Shown here: positions 52,804 through 61,778 of the stretch, piece after piece
How the letters are laid out: each line of letters starts with the position of its first letter
How positions within the stretch are numbered: the stretch's first letter is position 1
DNA from: a virus
Taxonomy: Duplodnaviria > Heunggongvirae > Uroviricota > Caudoviricetes
Direction: 5' to 3' (one strand)
DNA length: 61,778 bases
IMG/VR virus record: IMGVR_UViG_2778261381_000005
Position numbers and translations under genes: made by a program
Notes under the pieces: model-generated
The model's database searches: none
What the model was told of the DNA's origin: nothing
Seen by the model: only the letters and a program-made list of their open reading frames with translations

Positions 52804-52861
52804 CCTGCATCTGTATATATAAATAATAAGTAACTTATTAAATATATACGGAAGCAGGCTT
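52804..52861. repeat. about 60-bp inverted repeat element with TATAAATA core (copy 2 of 2), upstream of packaging genes
   Basis: cctgcatctgtatatataaataataagtaacttattaaatatatacggaagcaggct. Confidence 0.6.
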
Positions 52862-52974
52862 CGTAAGACATGCCAGACCTAATTAAACACCCCAGAAAAC
52901 AAGTTGGTTAGCAGATGCAGTAAACAAGTTGTTTTAGAGCGCATGGACGCGCTCTGTGTGTTTTAGAGGGATCT

Positions 52975-53607
52975 ATGACGGTCGAAAAAGACGAGGTAAA
53001 AACTCGCCTGACACCAGCGGAGTGGGCCGAAGCTGAAGCCAAATGGACGTCAGGCGAATATACACTCTCAAAGCTGGAGGAAGAGTACGGCATTCGTCGT
53101 GAAACACTCTCCAGACATTTCAAAAAGCGAGGATTAGAGAAAGGCGCGGACTCTGTTGGGAAGATGGTTCGTGAGTCTCTTAAATCTGACGCAGAGCTTC
53201 GCGCTAAAGCCCGTGCGGAAAAGATAGAAGAACGTCGTACACGTTATGACGGCTGGGCGTATGCGTTGGGGCAGATGGTGATGGTCGAAGTCACTACGGC
53301 CAAACGTGAGGGTAAGCCTTTAGGGGCGATTGAGGATTCTCTCAAGAGCTTACAGAGAGCCAGTAATACCCTTGCAAAATGCTTTGAAGTTTCGTCCAAA
53401 GCATTGGGCATGGATCATGCGGAAAATGACGAGGAAGAAATTCCGAACCTGGTATTTGGTGAGCTTACGCCTTCCCAGGTGGCGAAATTACGTCAGGAAG
53501 ACGACGAGCCTGAAATCATCGATGACGAATTGCTTGAGACGTTGGAAGAAGAAGCTCTAAGCGAATTTGATGCGACAGATGATGGAAGTGAAGGGGAGGA
53601 CGAATAA
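52975..53607 (+). CDS. terminase small subunit, tentative
   Basis: Directly upstream of terL; acidic C-terminal tail. Confidence 0.5.
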   Translation: MTVEKDEVKTRLTPAEWAEAEAKWTSGEYTLSKLEEEYGIRRETLSRHFKKRGLEKGADSVGKMVRESLKSDAELRAKARAEKIEERRTRYDGWAYALGQMVMVEVTTAKREGKPLGAIEDSLKSLQRASNTLAKCFEVSSKALGMDHAENDEEEIPNLVFGELTPSQVAKLRQEDDEPEIIDDELLETLEEEALSEFDATDDGSEGEDE

Positions 53608-54863
53608 TGGCAATCCCGTCCTCGCTCAGTCTTGTGCAACTGCATTCTGGACAGATGAAAGTCTTCCAGTCTCCGCATCGATTTAAAGTTGTTTGTGCTG
53701 GTCGACGCTGGGGAAAATCCCGGTTGTCGATCTCCACTATTATTCGTGCGGCGGCAAAGGAAAAAAAGCAAAGAGTCTGGTATGTCGCTCCTACTTACCA
53801 GATGGCTCGCCAGATTTTGTGGGACGATCTACAGGAAGTTCTGCCTCGTAAGTGGGTTAGGAAAAAGAACGACACCACGATGACAATCGTGTTGAAGAAC
53901 GGTTCGGAGATCGCCCTCAAAGGTGCTGATAAGCCTGACACTCTGCGCGGCGTAGCGTTGCATTTTGTAGTGCTTGATGAATTTCAGGATATGAAGGCTG
54001 ACACCTGGTACAAGGTGTTACGACCTACTCTTTCATCGACACGCGGCGGTGCACTGATCATTGGTACGCCAAAAGGCTTCTCGGAATTTCACAAACTGTG
54101 GACTATAGGCCAGAACGTAGAGCTGCAAAGAAAGGGACAGTGGAAGAGCTGGCAGTTTGTAACTGCCGATTCTCCGTTTGTACCTACGGCGGAAATTGAA
54201 GCTGCTAAGAACGATATGGACCCGAAATCGTTCGCTCAGGAGTACCTGGCGAGCTTTGAGAACATGTCCGGGCGCGTTTACTACCCGTTCGATCGTAACG
54301 TGCATGTAAAACCGCTTCAGTTCAACCCTCGGTTGCCTATATGGGTAGGGCAGGACTTCAACATTGACCCGATGTCTTCAGTAATTTTGCAACCTCAGCC
54401 AAATGGTGAGCTATGGGCAATTGATGAATTGGTGCTCTTTTCCTCTAACACGGCAGAGGTTTGTGATGAGCTTGAGAGACGCTTCTGGCGCTGGAAATCA
54501 CAGATAACGGTATTTCCAGATCCGGCAGGTGCTTATCGCCAACATGCTCGCGGGGAGTCTGACGTCGACATATTCAAAGAGAAGGGATTCTTACGTGTCG
54601 ATTATTCGAAAAAGCACCCGCCAATTGCGGATCGTGTTAATGCTGTTAACCGAATGCTGATGACCGCATCTGGAGATATCCGGCTGTATATCGATCCGAA
54701 GTGCAAGCATTTGATTGATTCACTGGAAAAAGTCATCTACAAGCCTGGAACACGAGATATGGATAAGACAGGTGGCATTGAGCATAGTGCAGACGCATTG
54801 GGCTATCCAGTACATCGTAGGTATCCAGTCAAAAACCGTGTTATTCTTGGTGGTTCTCGATAG
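53607..54863 (+). CDS. terL: terminase large subunit
   Basis: Walker A-like CAGRRWGKS, Walker B VVLDEFQDM; followed by portal gene. Confidence 0.8.
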   Translation: MAIPSSLSLVQLHSGQMKVFQSPHRFKVVCAGRRWGKSRLSISTIIRAAAKEKKQRVWYVAPTYQMARQILWDDLQEVLPRKWVRKKNDTTMTIVLKNGSEIALKGADKPDTLRGVALHFVVLDEFQDMKADTWYKVLRPTLSSTRGGALIIGTPKGFSEFHKLWTIGQNVELQRKGQWKSWQFVTADSPFVPTAEIEAAKNDMDPKSFAQEYLASFENMSGRVYYPFDRNVHVKPLQFNPRLPIWVGQDFNIDPMSSVILQPQPNGELWAIDELVLFSSNTAEVCDELERRFWRWKSQITVFPDPAGAYRQHARGESDVDIFKEKGFLRVDYSKKHPPIADRVNAVNRMLMTASGDIRLYIDPKCKHLIDSLEKVIYKPGTRDMDKTGGIEHSADALGYPVHRRYPVKNRVILGGSR

Positions 54864-54882
54864 GTAAGTAATTATCTAAGGT
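54859..54882. promoter_or_regulatory. motif 2 palindrome between terL and portal
   Basis: cgataggtaagtaattatctaagg. Confidence 0.4.
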
Positions 54883-54889
54883 TATTCAA

Positions 54890-56464
54890 ATGGAATTGAA
54901 CGACAAACAAATTAAGGATCTGGTGGCGCGACGCCACCCGGAATACGAAAAGAAAAAAGAACATTGGGACTTCCTCGCCAGCACTTACGCTGGCGGGCGT
55001 GGTTGGTTTACAGACAATATCTTTCGTTACTTTAAAGAGGGAGATCAGGAGTTTAAGGAGCGAGTTGAACGTGCTTATCGCTTCAACCACACTCGTGAGG
55101 TGGTAAACCTCATCAACAAATATCTCTTTAAAGAAGACATTCATAGAAATATCGAAGAGGCACCAGAGCAGATCCGCAATTTCTGGAAACGTGCGACTCG
55201 CCAGAATGCCTCTATTGACTCATTTATGGCCGCTATTGATTTGCAGTCGTCTATTTACGGTCGCATATGGGTTGTTGTCGATAGCACGATGAGTGGTGAT
55301 GTTGAGTCAGTAGCTGACGAGAAAAAGAAAGATGCTCGCGCCTACGCCTACTGGATTTCACCTCAGCAAATGCTGGATGTGGCATGGGACGACGACGGGA
55401 ATATGTTGTGGGCGTTAATTGTGGAAGTCGCTCGTGATGACGCAGATCCTTTTACTTCTACAGGTCAGGAATACCAACGTTATCGTCTGTGGACACAAAA
55501 CGAGTGGTATCTGTTCCGTGAGGAAGTGAAGAAGGGCGCTGGTGGAGCAGGTCGCCGTCAGGCAAAAGTTATTTTAGAGGATAGCGGTGAGCATAATCTC
55601 GGCGTAGTTCCTGTGTTTCCTGTTGATTGTATTGGAGAAAGTGAATCACCGTATTTCAGCCCATCGTTGATCGATGATATCGCTTATCTTGATCGTGCGG
55701 TTGCAAACTATCTGTCAAACCTTGATGCCATTATTCAGGATCAGACATTTAGCCAGTTGGCTATACCGGTACAGTCGCTTTTACCTGGTGATGAAAACCA
55801 CACTAAAGTGCTTGAAATGGGCACAAAGCGAGTCTTCACCTACGATTCTGAAGGTGGAAACCAGCCGTTTTATCTGTCACCAGACCCGAAACAAGCTCAG
55901 ATGATCATCACTACGATTAAGACGGTGATTAACGAAATCTACCATTCAGTTGGTGTAGCTGGTGAGCGAACGAAGCAGGACAACGCACAGGGAATCGATA
56001 ATTCATCTGGTGCCGCAAAAATGTATGACTTCCAGCGTGTAAATAGCTTGCTTGTCACAAAAGCAGAGCGTCTGGAAAGGGCTGAACGCCAAATCATGCT
56101 ACTGGTTGCGAAATGGATGGGGGTAGATCTGGACGAAGACCACTCTTTAATTGCATATCCAGAAAGTTTCGATATTCGTGGCCTTACTGATGAATTTTCT
56201 GTTGCCGAGAAACTGTCATTACTTCAGGCACCGGACTCTGTACGTCGTCACCAGATGGAAATGCTTATTGAGAAGATTTTCCCGAACATTACTGAGGCGA
56301 TGAAAAAGGAATTTGATAAAGATCTCTTGAATTTTCCTCCAAAAAATGATCTAAATACCCTTGAAAATAAGTCAGTACTTACTTATGATCGTGGTGCAGC
56401 CCAAGAAAGCGGGCAAGATCAACCCCGAGGGAATGGGGACTCATCTACTCAAGAGAACGAGTGA
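54890..56464 (+). CDS. portal protein
   Basis: 524 aa between terL and scaffold gene. Confidence 0.7.
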   Translation: MELNDKQIKDLVARRHPEYEKKKEHWDFLASTYAGGRGWFTDNIFRYFKEGDQEFKERVERAYRFNHTREVVNLINKYLFKEDIHRNIEEAPEQIRNFWKRATRQNASIDSFMAAIDLQSSIYGRIWVVVDSTMSGDVESVADEKKKDARAYAYWISPQQMLDVAWDDDGNMLWALIVEVARDDADPFTSTGQEYQRYRLWTQNEWYLFREEVKKGAGGAGRRQAKVILEDSGEHNLGVVPVFPVDCIGESESPYFSPSLIDDIAYLDRAVANYLSNLDAIIQDQTFSQLAIPVQSLLPGDENHTKVLEMGTKRVFTYDSEGGNQPFYLSPDPKQAQMIITTIKTVINEIYHSVGVAGERTKQDNAQGIDNSSGAAKMYDFQRVNSLLVTKAERLERAERQIMLLVAKWMGVDLDEDHSLIAYPESFDIRGLTDEFSVAEKLSLLQAPDSVRRHQMEMLIEKIFPNITEAMKKEFDKDLLNFPPKNDLNTLENKSVLTYDRGAAQESGQDQPRGNGDSSTQENE

Positions 56465-56485
56465 TAAGTAACAAAAGGAATTTTT

Positions 56486-57373
56486 ATGAATCTGTGGCAA
56501 ATGCTTTTGGCCCGTCGTGGTCTGATGGATGTCGCTGAAGCGCATGAGCGTGGAGGCGCTGGCGGTGTAGCTGCTGATAATGAGCAGAGTACACAAGATC
56601 CTGACAAACAGGGTGAACAAAAAGAGCAGCCGAAGGGCGATGACGAATACGCTGGCATGACTCAGGAAGAGTTACTGGCCGAACTTCGTAAAACCAAGAA
56701 AGCTGGTGCTGAACTGCTGAAGGAGAACATGAAGCGCAAAGAGAAAGAGCGCACATTGGCCGATCAGCTTGCTCAGTACGGTGATATCGATCCGGCTCGT
56801 GCTCGCCAGCTTTTAGAAGCTGAACAGGCCGCAGAAAACGCACGTCGTGAGGCGGAGCAAGCTGAACTGGAGCGTCGTGGTGAGTTCGATGCTGTTAAAA
56901 AACAGATGATCGAAGCACACCAGGCAGAGCTGGCACAGCGTGACGAACGTTATGCAGCACTGGAAAGTGAAAACGCATCACTGAAATCTCAATTAGTCGA
57001 GATGACCGTGGGCGCTTCCTTCAGTAACTCTCTCTTCCTACGTGACAAAGTTCTGATGACCCCGGCAAAAGCCCGCGTGATCTACGGTTCTCATTTTGAA
57101 GTGGGTGAAGACGGTAGCGTAGTGGGTTATGACAAACCGGCAGGTCACAAAGAACGAGCTGTTCTGGTTGACGGTGAAGGTAAGCCGTTGCCGTTTGAAT
57201 CCGCGATTGAACGCATTGTGCGGGCAGATCCGGAAGCTGACGCATTGATGCGTAGCGAAGCCAAGCAGGGTGTAGGCTCACATTCCAAATCGACCTACAC
57301 AATATCCCAACCGAAGAACAAGTCGACTATGGATAAGTTGGCCTCCGGTCTGGGGAAAATTGGACTTAAGTAA
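56486..57373 (+). CDS. scaffolding protein
   Basis: Long Ala/Glu/Arg/Gln-rich coiled-coil region; between portal and capsid genes. Confidence 0.6.
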   Translation: MNLWQMLLARRGLMDVAEAHERGGAGGVAADNEQSTQDPDKQGEQKEQPKGDDEYAGMTQEELLAELRKTKKAGAELLKENMKRKEKERTLADQLAQYGDIDPARARQLLEAEQAAENARREAEQAELERRGEFDAVKKQMIEAHQAELAQRDERYAALESENASLKSQLVEMTVGASFSNSLFLRDKVLMTPAKARVIYGSHFEVGEDGSVVGYDKPAGHKERAVLVDGEGKPLPFESAIERIVRADPEADALMRSEAKQGVGSHSKSTYTISQPKNKSTMDKLASGLGKIGLK

Positions 57374-57398
57374 CATCTAAATCAAAGGGAATTGATAG

Positions 57399-58274
57399 AT
57401 GCCATTACTGCGTGAAGAAGCTGAAAAGCTGTCTAACAACGAACTTGAACAGGGTGTGATCGAAACTATCATCGATCGCGATGACCTGTTTGCCATCCTG
57501 CCTTTTATGAAAATTAATTCAAAGGCATATCTGTACAACCGTGAAAAAACGCTGAGTGAAGCTACCTTCATCGACGTTAACGACACCATCCCTGAAGGTG
57601 CAGCAACCTTCGAAGAATGCGTTGCGAAACTGCGTATTCTGGCTGGTGACGTAGACGTTGATAAATTCCTGGCGACCACTATGGCCGACACCAACAACCA
57701 GTTGGCTATTCAGGTTCGTCAGAAAGTTAAAGGTCTGGCTCGTGCGTTCCGTCGCAACCTGATTTTGGGTGACTCCAGCTCCAACAACAAGGCGTTTGAC
57801 GGCATTCCACGCCTGATGCACGCAGATCAGAAGATCGATATCGCCGGTGCATCTATGACTTTCTCTATGTTCGACGAACTGGTCGATGCGGTGAAAGATC
57901 TTGGTGCTGACTGCATCATGATGCGTTCAGAGCACCTGCGTGCTTACCGTGCGCTGCTGCGTACAGTAAACGTAGGTCCGTCTGAAATCATGATGGAGAA
58001 CTTCGGTCGTCCGATGCTGTGTCATAACGGCGTTCCGTTCATCATCAACGACTTCATCCCGACCGATTCTGGCAAAGCAAGCATCTACTGCCTGCATCTG
58101 TCAGAAGAGAACGGCGTTACTGGTCTGTATGGCGGCGACAACGCAGGTATCGTTGTTGAAAACATTGGTACTGTACAGAACAAAGACGCAGTACGTACCC
58201 GTGTGAAGTGGTACTGCTCTCTGGCGAATAAGCACGATAAGGCTATCGCTGCACTGACCAATGTAAAAATTTAA
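57399..58274 (+). CDS. major capsid protein
   Basis: Position after scaffold; RBS aaaggga; strong terminator downstream. Confidence 0.65.
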   Translation: MPLLREEAEKLSNNELEQGVIETIIDRDDLFAILPFMKINSKAYLYNREKTLSEATFIDVNDTIPEGAATFEECVAKLRILAGDVDVDKFLATTMADTNNQLAIQVRQKVKGLARAFRRNLILGDSSSNNKAFDGIPRLMHADQKIDIAGASMTFSMFDELVDAVKDLGADCIMMRSEHLRAYRALLRTVNVGPSEIMMENFGRPMLCHNGVPFIINDFIPTDSGKASIYCLHLSEENGVTGLYGGDNAGIVVENIGTVQNKDAVRTRVKWYCSLANKHDKAIAALTNVKI

Positions 58275-58279
58275 TCAGT

Positions 58280-58303
58280 GAAGTAGATAAGTAATTATCT
58301 ATG
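58280..58303. promoter_or_regulatory. motif 2 palindrome
   Basis: gaagtagataagtaattatctatg. Confidence 0.4.
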
Positions 58304-58307
58304 TTAA

Positions 58308-58335
58308 AGGGTGGGCTATACGCCCACCCTTTTTG
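58308..58335 (+). terminator. rho-independent terminator after capsid gene
   Basis: AGGGTGGGC tata CGCCCACCCT followed by TTTTT. Confidence 0.7.
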
Positions 58336-58347
58336 TAGGAGCGAGAA

Positions 58348-59268
58348 ATGCCAGAACAAAAGATGAAGATTACGGAAGAGGCATTTTCGGATTTTACGGG
58401 GCATATGTGCCGTGCCGGATTTACCAATTCTATCTCCGATGAACCTTTAACCGAGCGACAACAAAGTCAGCTATCTGCTTGTTTGCAGGCGGTTCCCTTC
58501 TCCCAATCCGTAAACATAACCCCGGCTTCACCGTCAGTTTTGGTTGGGAAAACTGTTCAACTTAGTGCAGGTATTACTATGGGTAAGAGTGCCAGTTCAT
58601 TCACCTGGAAGTCAGCCAATGATCAAATTGCAACCGTCAACGGCACTGGATTAGTAACTGGCGTAGCACCAGGCAAAGTGAAAATTACCGCAACTGATCA
58701 GGAAACCCAGCTTTCCGCGTCAGTGGAAGTCACCGTAAATCCGGTAGCCGTTCAATCCGTAACGGTAACGCCAGACTCAACCTCTGTTGAGAAAGGGAAA
58801 TCAGTCAGTCTGAAAGCGAATGTTCAGCCGTCAAATGCGACGAATAAGGCAGTTACTTGGTCTTCCAAAAATGAAGACAAGGCAACGGTAGACCAGAGCG
58901 GGAACGTTACTGGTGTAGAAGTTGGCACTGCGACGATTGAGATCGTTTCCCAAGATGGCAGCAAAAAGGGAACTGCAACGGTGGAAGTAACTGCGCCTGT
59001 TGTGGCTGTTACCGGCGTCGAAATCGACCCAAATAGCACAACCGTTGAGGCAAACAAAACTGTTCAGCTGACCGCAAATGTCGAGCCGGCAGGAGCAACA
59101 AATAAAACCGTTACTTGGGAATCCAAAAATACCGAGTTTGCAACGGTGGATAGCGAAACCGGTGTTGTAACTGGCGTTGCGGCTGGTACTGCCACAATCG
59201 AGGTTACTACCCAAGATGGTAGCCACAAAGCGACAGCGACCGTAGAAGTCACTGCTGCACAGGAATAA
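58348..59268 (+). CDS. Ig-like (Big_2) repeat protein, probable head decoration protein
   Basis: Three ~90-aa repeats (VTP...VTGV..GTATIEV); RBS aggag. Confidence 0.7.
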   Translation: MPEQKMKITEEAFSDFTGHMCRAGFTNSISDEPLTERQQSQLSACLQAVPFSQSVNITPASPSVLVGKTVQLSAGITMGKSASSFTWKSANDQIATVNGTGLVTGVAPGKVKITATDQETQLSASVEVTVNPVAVQSVTVTPDSTSVEKGKSVSLKANVQPSNATNKAVTWSSKNEDKATVDQSGNVTGVEVGTATIEIVSQDGSKKGTATVEVTAPVVAVTGVEIDPNSTTVEANKTVQLTANVEPAGATNKTVTWESKNTEFATVDSETGVVTGVAAGTATIEVTTQDGSHKATATVEVTAAQE

Positions 59269-59312
59269 TCAATATTGGGCGGCGAAAGCCGCCCAAGTAG
59301 AGAGAATGCGTT

Positions 59313-59747
59313 ATGAAACCAGCAAAAATTGTTTTATTAGAACCGCAATTTTCCGGTTATTCGGGAATGTTGTGCGGCGTTCAGTTCGAGAACGGGGTGT
59401 CCGTAGCGGAGTTGCCTTTTATCGATCAGCAAAGGATTTGTGCCTCAATGCGAGCATCAACAGTCGAGGGCAAAAATGTTTCTCCGTCTGCCGCATACAG
59501 TGATCGTGGCGAGTTGACCGCAGACCTGATTACCGAGCCAGCAGCACCTGACATTGTGCCAATGAAACGTGGGACACCAGATGAACCGGCCAAACAGATC
59601 CAGACTTTCACACGAGAAGAGTTGGAGTCAATTGCAGACAATGAAGGCATTGCCGGTCTACGTGTGATTGGTAATCAGGTTGGTGTCAAAGCGAAAGGAA
59701 TTGTCGAGATGATTGAAGGCATCCTGAAAGCACAAGGCGGTGAGTAA
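59313..59747 (+). CDS. hypothetical head-associated protein
   Basis: Position in head module. Confidence 0.45.
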   Translation: MKPAKIVLLEPQFSGYSGMLCGVQFENGVSVAELPFIDQQRICASMRASTVEGKNVSPSAAYSDRGELTADLITEPAAPDIVPMKRGTPDEPAKQIQTFTREELESIADNEGIAGLRVIGNQVGVKAKGIVEMIEGILKAQGGE

Positions 59748-60580
59748 TGGCGCAGATCGACTCGTATCGTAGCGGTGAAGCTGTTTCCCTTTCATTTGCC
59801 TTCAACGTGCTGGATATCGAATCTGCTACCTACACAGTAAAGGACAGCACCGGGGCTATTCTCGTTGATGGCGAGCCGCTAGAAATTACCAGCGGTCAAA
59901 TGTCGATTCCGGTTGTCGTGTCGGCTGAATATAACCAGCTCTCTGAGAAAGAACGCGATCTGCGGTACGTCATTGTGAAGGCTGTTGCATCGGGTCTGAC
60001 GCATGAAGAGCGGCAAATGTATGTTCTGCTGAATAGTTTTGAACTGTCGATACCAGAACAGTCGTTTGCAACTGTCGCTGATGCTCAAATGCAGGCGATC
60101 GATATGCTGAATGGGGACACTTTGCTGTCGGATGGTGAAGGCTTAATGCGCAAGCGTCTCATTGAGGCTACCAGACGAATTAAAACTTTACCGTTCTCAA
60201 TCCGCAAAATTCTACGTATCGACTTTGACCGATACGATCGCCCTCAAAATATGCTGAATGTGTATGACATTCCGTGGGGAGCAGATGGAGCGTACCGGCA
60301 TGATTTAGTCGATTGGGAAAAGATGACGCAGGAGCAGTTTGAAGAGTTCCCTGACTACTTCAAAGAAGCGTTGATGCTTGCCGTTGTCAACGAAGCGTGT
60401 GAGATCGCAAATGGCAATGATGTTGCCGCAGCACGAGAGGATGGCATTTTGTCAGAGTCAATCGGTGAAACAACCAACATGTACCGTACCGGTAAAGCTG
60501 CAAACGTTCATGTGGCTCGCAGTACCTGGCGCTTGCTGGTCAGTTACATCAACAACCGTATGATTGTTCGCCGTGCGTAA
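59747..60580 (+). CDS. hypothetical head-associated protein
   Basis: ATGA overlap with previous gene. Confidence 0.45.
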   Translation: MAQIDSYRSGEAVSLSFAFNVLDIESATYTVKDSTGAILVDGEPLEITSGQMSIPVVVSAEYNQLSEKERDLRYVIVKAVASGLTHEERQMYVLLNSFELSIPEQSFATVADAQMQAIDMLNGDTLLSDGEGLMRKRLIEATRRIKTLPFSIRKILRIDFDRYDRPQNMLNVYDIPWGADGAYRHDLVDWEKMTQEQFEEFPDYFKEALMLAVVNEACEIANGNDVAAAREDGILSESIGETTNMYRTGKAANVHVARSTWRLLVSYINNRMIVRRA

Positions 60581-60659
60581 CGCCAGTCGCATTATTTACT
60601 TTTGGTCGAAAGGGTTTTTGGCCAGTAATGAGAGCGACCGACAACAACAGAGAGAGAGC

Positions 60660-61004
60660 ATGAATATTTCGTGGCAAACAGAAATTGCGATCTACCGCTT
60701 TGGCGCAAAGAACGTTTACGGCGAGGCGCAATTACAATTCGTCAGGAAGACGAATGTCGGCGTGGTTAAGTTCGAACAGAGTAATGAGAAATCGTCAGTT
60801 CGTGCTGATAGCTCTGGTAGTCGTGGTAAGGCGAGTCTGGAGCTGTTTGATGCTGTGTTAGTTGTCCCTTTAGAAGCGGCTGTACAACTTGATGATGTGC
60901 TGATCCTTGAAGGTCAAAAATTAAAGGTGTCCAGTGTTCATCGCCGCTGGGGGCTACGAGGAAGACCTGGGCATCTTGAAGTAGGGGCGAATATATGGGT
61001 CTGA
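60660..61004 (+). CDS. hypothetical head-tail joining protein
   Basis: RBS gagagaga before ATG 60660; ORF-track start 60564 overlaps previous gene. Confidence 0.4.
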   Translation: MNISWQTEIAIYRFGAKNVYGEAQLQFVRKTNVGVVKFEQSNEKSSVRADSSGSRGKASLELFDAVLVVPLEAAVQLDDVLILEGQKLKVSSVHRRWGLRGRPGHLEVGANIWV

Positions 61005-61468
61005 AATACGATGCGCATCAGTTCAAACGTGCGGGGAATCGACTCAACAACAGCCAGAAAGCATTTAAGCGATATCTTATCCGGGACATGGAAAAGCTGG
61101 CGCGTTTGGTTGAGCGTCTCAGCCGTGCAATGGCTCCGCTGGAAACCGGATCTCTGGAGACAGCTATCTTTGCCAGGGTGATTAAAGAAGGTTATTCAGG
61201 GCTGCGCATTGAGCTTTCTGTGTCTGGAGCAAAACCACGTCAGGGGCATCCGGGCGTAGAAGTAGGTGACTATGCTAAGTACATGGAGCTGGGTAAATAC
61301 CGACTCGGTTATCTTTCTCGAATGAAGAACGTGACAAACCCACCAATTGCCGGTGTTAAACCTCGTGTTGGGCCACACTTTCTGGAAAGAGCGGTGGAAA
61401 TTAGCGAGAAGCAGTTCTCAGAAGCGATTCTGGAGGCTGCCAGAAAAGCCGGTTTTACGAGAGGTTAA
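60995..61468 (+). CDS. hypothetical head-tail joining protein
   Basis: Overlaps previous stop. Confidence 0.45.
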   Translation: MGLKYDAHQFKRAGNRLNNSQKAFKRYLIRDMEKLARLVERLSRAMAPLETGSLETAIFARVIKEGYSGLRIELSVSGAKPRQGHPGVEVGDYAKYMELGKYRLGYLSRMKNVTNPPIAGVKPRVGPHFLERAVEISEKQFSEAILEAARKAGFTRG

Positions 61469-61778
61469 TGTGTTTATTGAAGCGTTTGCAAGTTTGATGC
61501 AGAAGGCAAAGATTGGCACGGTCGGGACTGATATTTTCTGTCACTACTTGCCTGCCAATGTGAAATCTGGCGTCCTGCTTATTAACCCAAATACCGGTAT
61601 CAGCATCGATCATGAGCTACAGGGCTTTTATCACGAATCATTCACAATCATTGTGCGTGGTTCGTTGAAGTGGTCAACAAAAACTGGCCACCGAGTTAGA
61701 GTTTTTTCCAGTATCGATTTTCCGATTCGTTTGGTGGTAACCCACCATTATATTCGTGCGGTCTTAGTGCGCTGTAAT
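61469..61778 (+). CDS. hypothetical protein, 3' end beyond window (GTG start assumed)
   Basis: Open frame from GTG at 61469 to window end with no stop. Confidence 0.3.

Overview
This 61.8-kb window reads as a tailed-phage or phage-plasmid-like genome of an enterobacterial host, with a ~10.5-kb block of bacterial-type genes embedded in it. All calls are from reading the sequence and ORF track by eye; no searches were run. Left to right: (1) a RecA-family recombinase split by a LAGLIDADG intein, a membrane protein plus SPFH lipoprotein pair, small unknown genes, and an iteron-flanked rep initiator with a GATC cluster and DnaA-box-like site (P1 oriR-like layout). (2) A DNA metabolism module: SbcD/SbcC-like nuclease, RuvC-like resolvase, class Ia ribonucleotide reductase nrdAB, thymidylate synthase, DHFR, P-loop kinase, DEDDh exonuclease, Dam-like methyltransferase, RNase H. 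(3) 28.7-39.2 kb: an EcoR124-like type IC restriction-modification operon (hsdM-hsdS-hsdR, with TAEL x3 repeat in hsdS), an SOS-box-driven UmuD'-like gene that starts exactly at the UmuD cleavage site and has no umuC, then mrp/apbC and metG. (4) A cluster of small genes each behind a conserved AAAACAAnnTGTTT palindrome, plus a ~1.5-kb non-coding, CA-skewed, repeat-rich region. (5) Minus-strand genes including an SF2 helicase and a codon-biased three-gene operon. (6) A translationally coupled ParB-like/ParB-like/ABC-ATPase/GNAT-like cassette. (7) A packaging and head module (TerS, TerL, portal, scaffold, major capsid, Ig-like decoration protein). No rRNA, tRNA, CRISPR array or transposase was recognised. 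The strongest candidates for something new are the host-type block inside the phage backbone, the pre-cleaved UmuD'-like gene, and the ParB/ABC/GNAT cassette.
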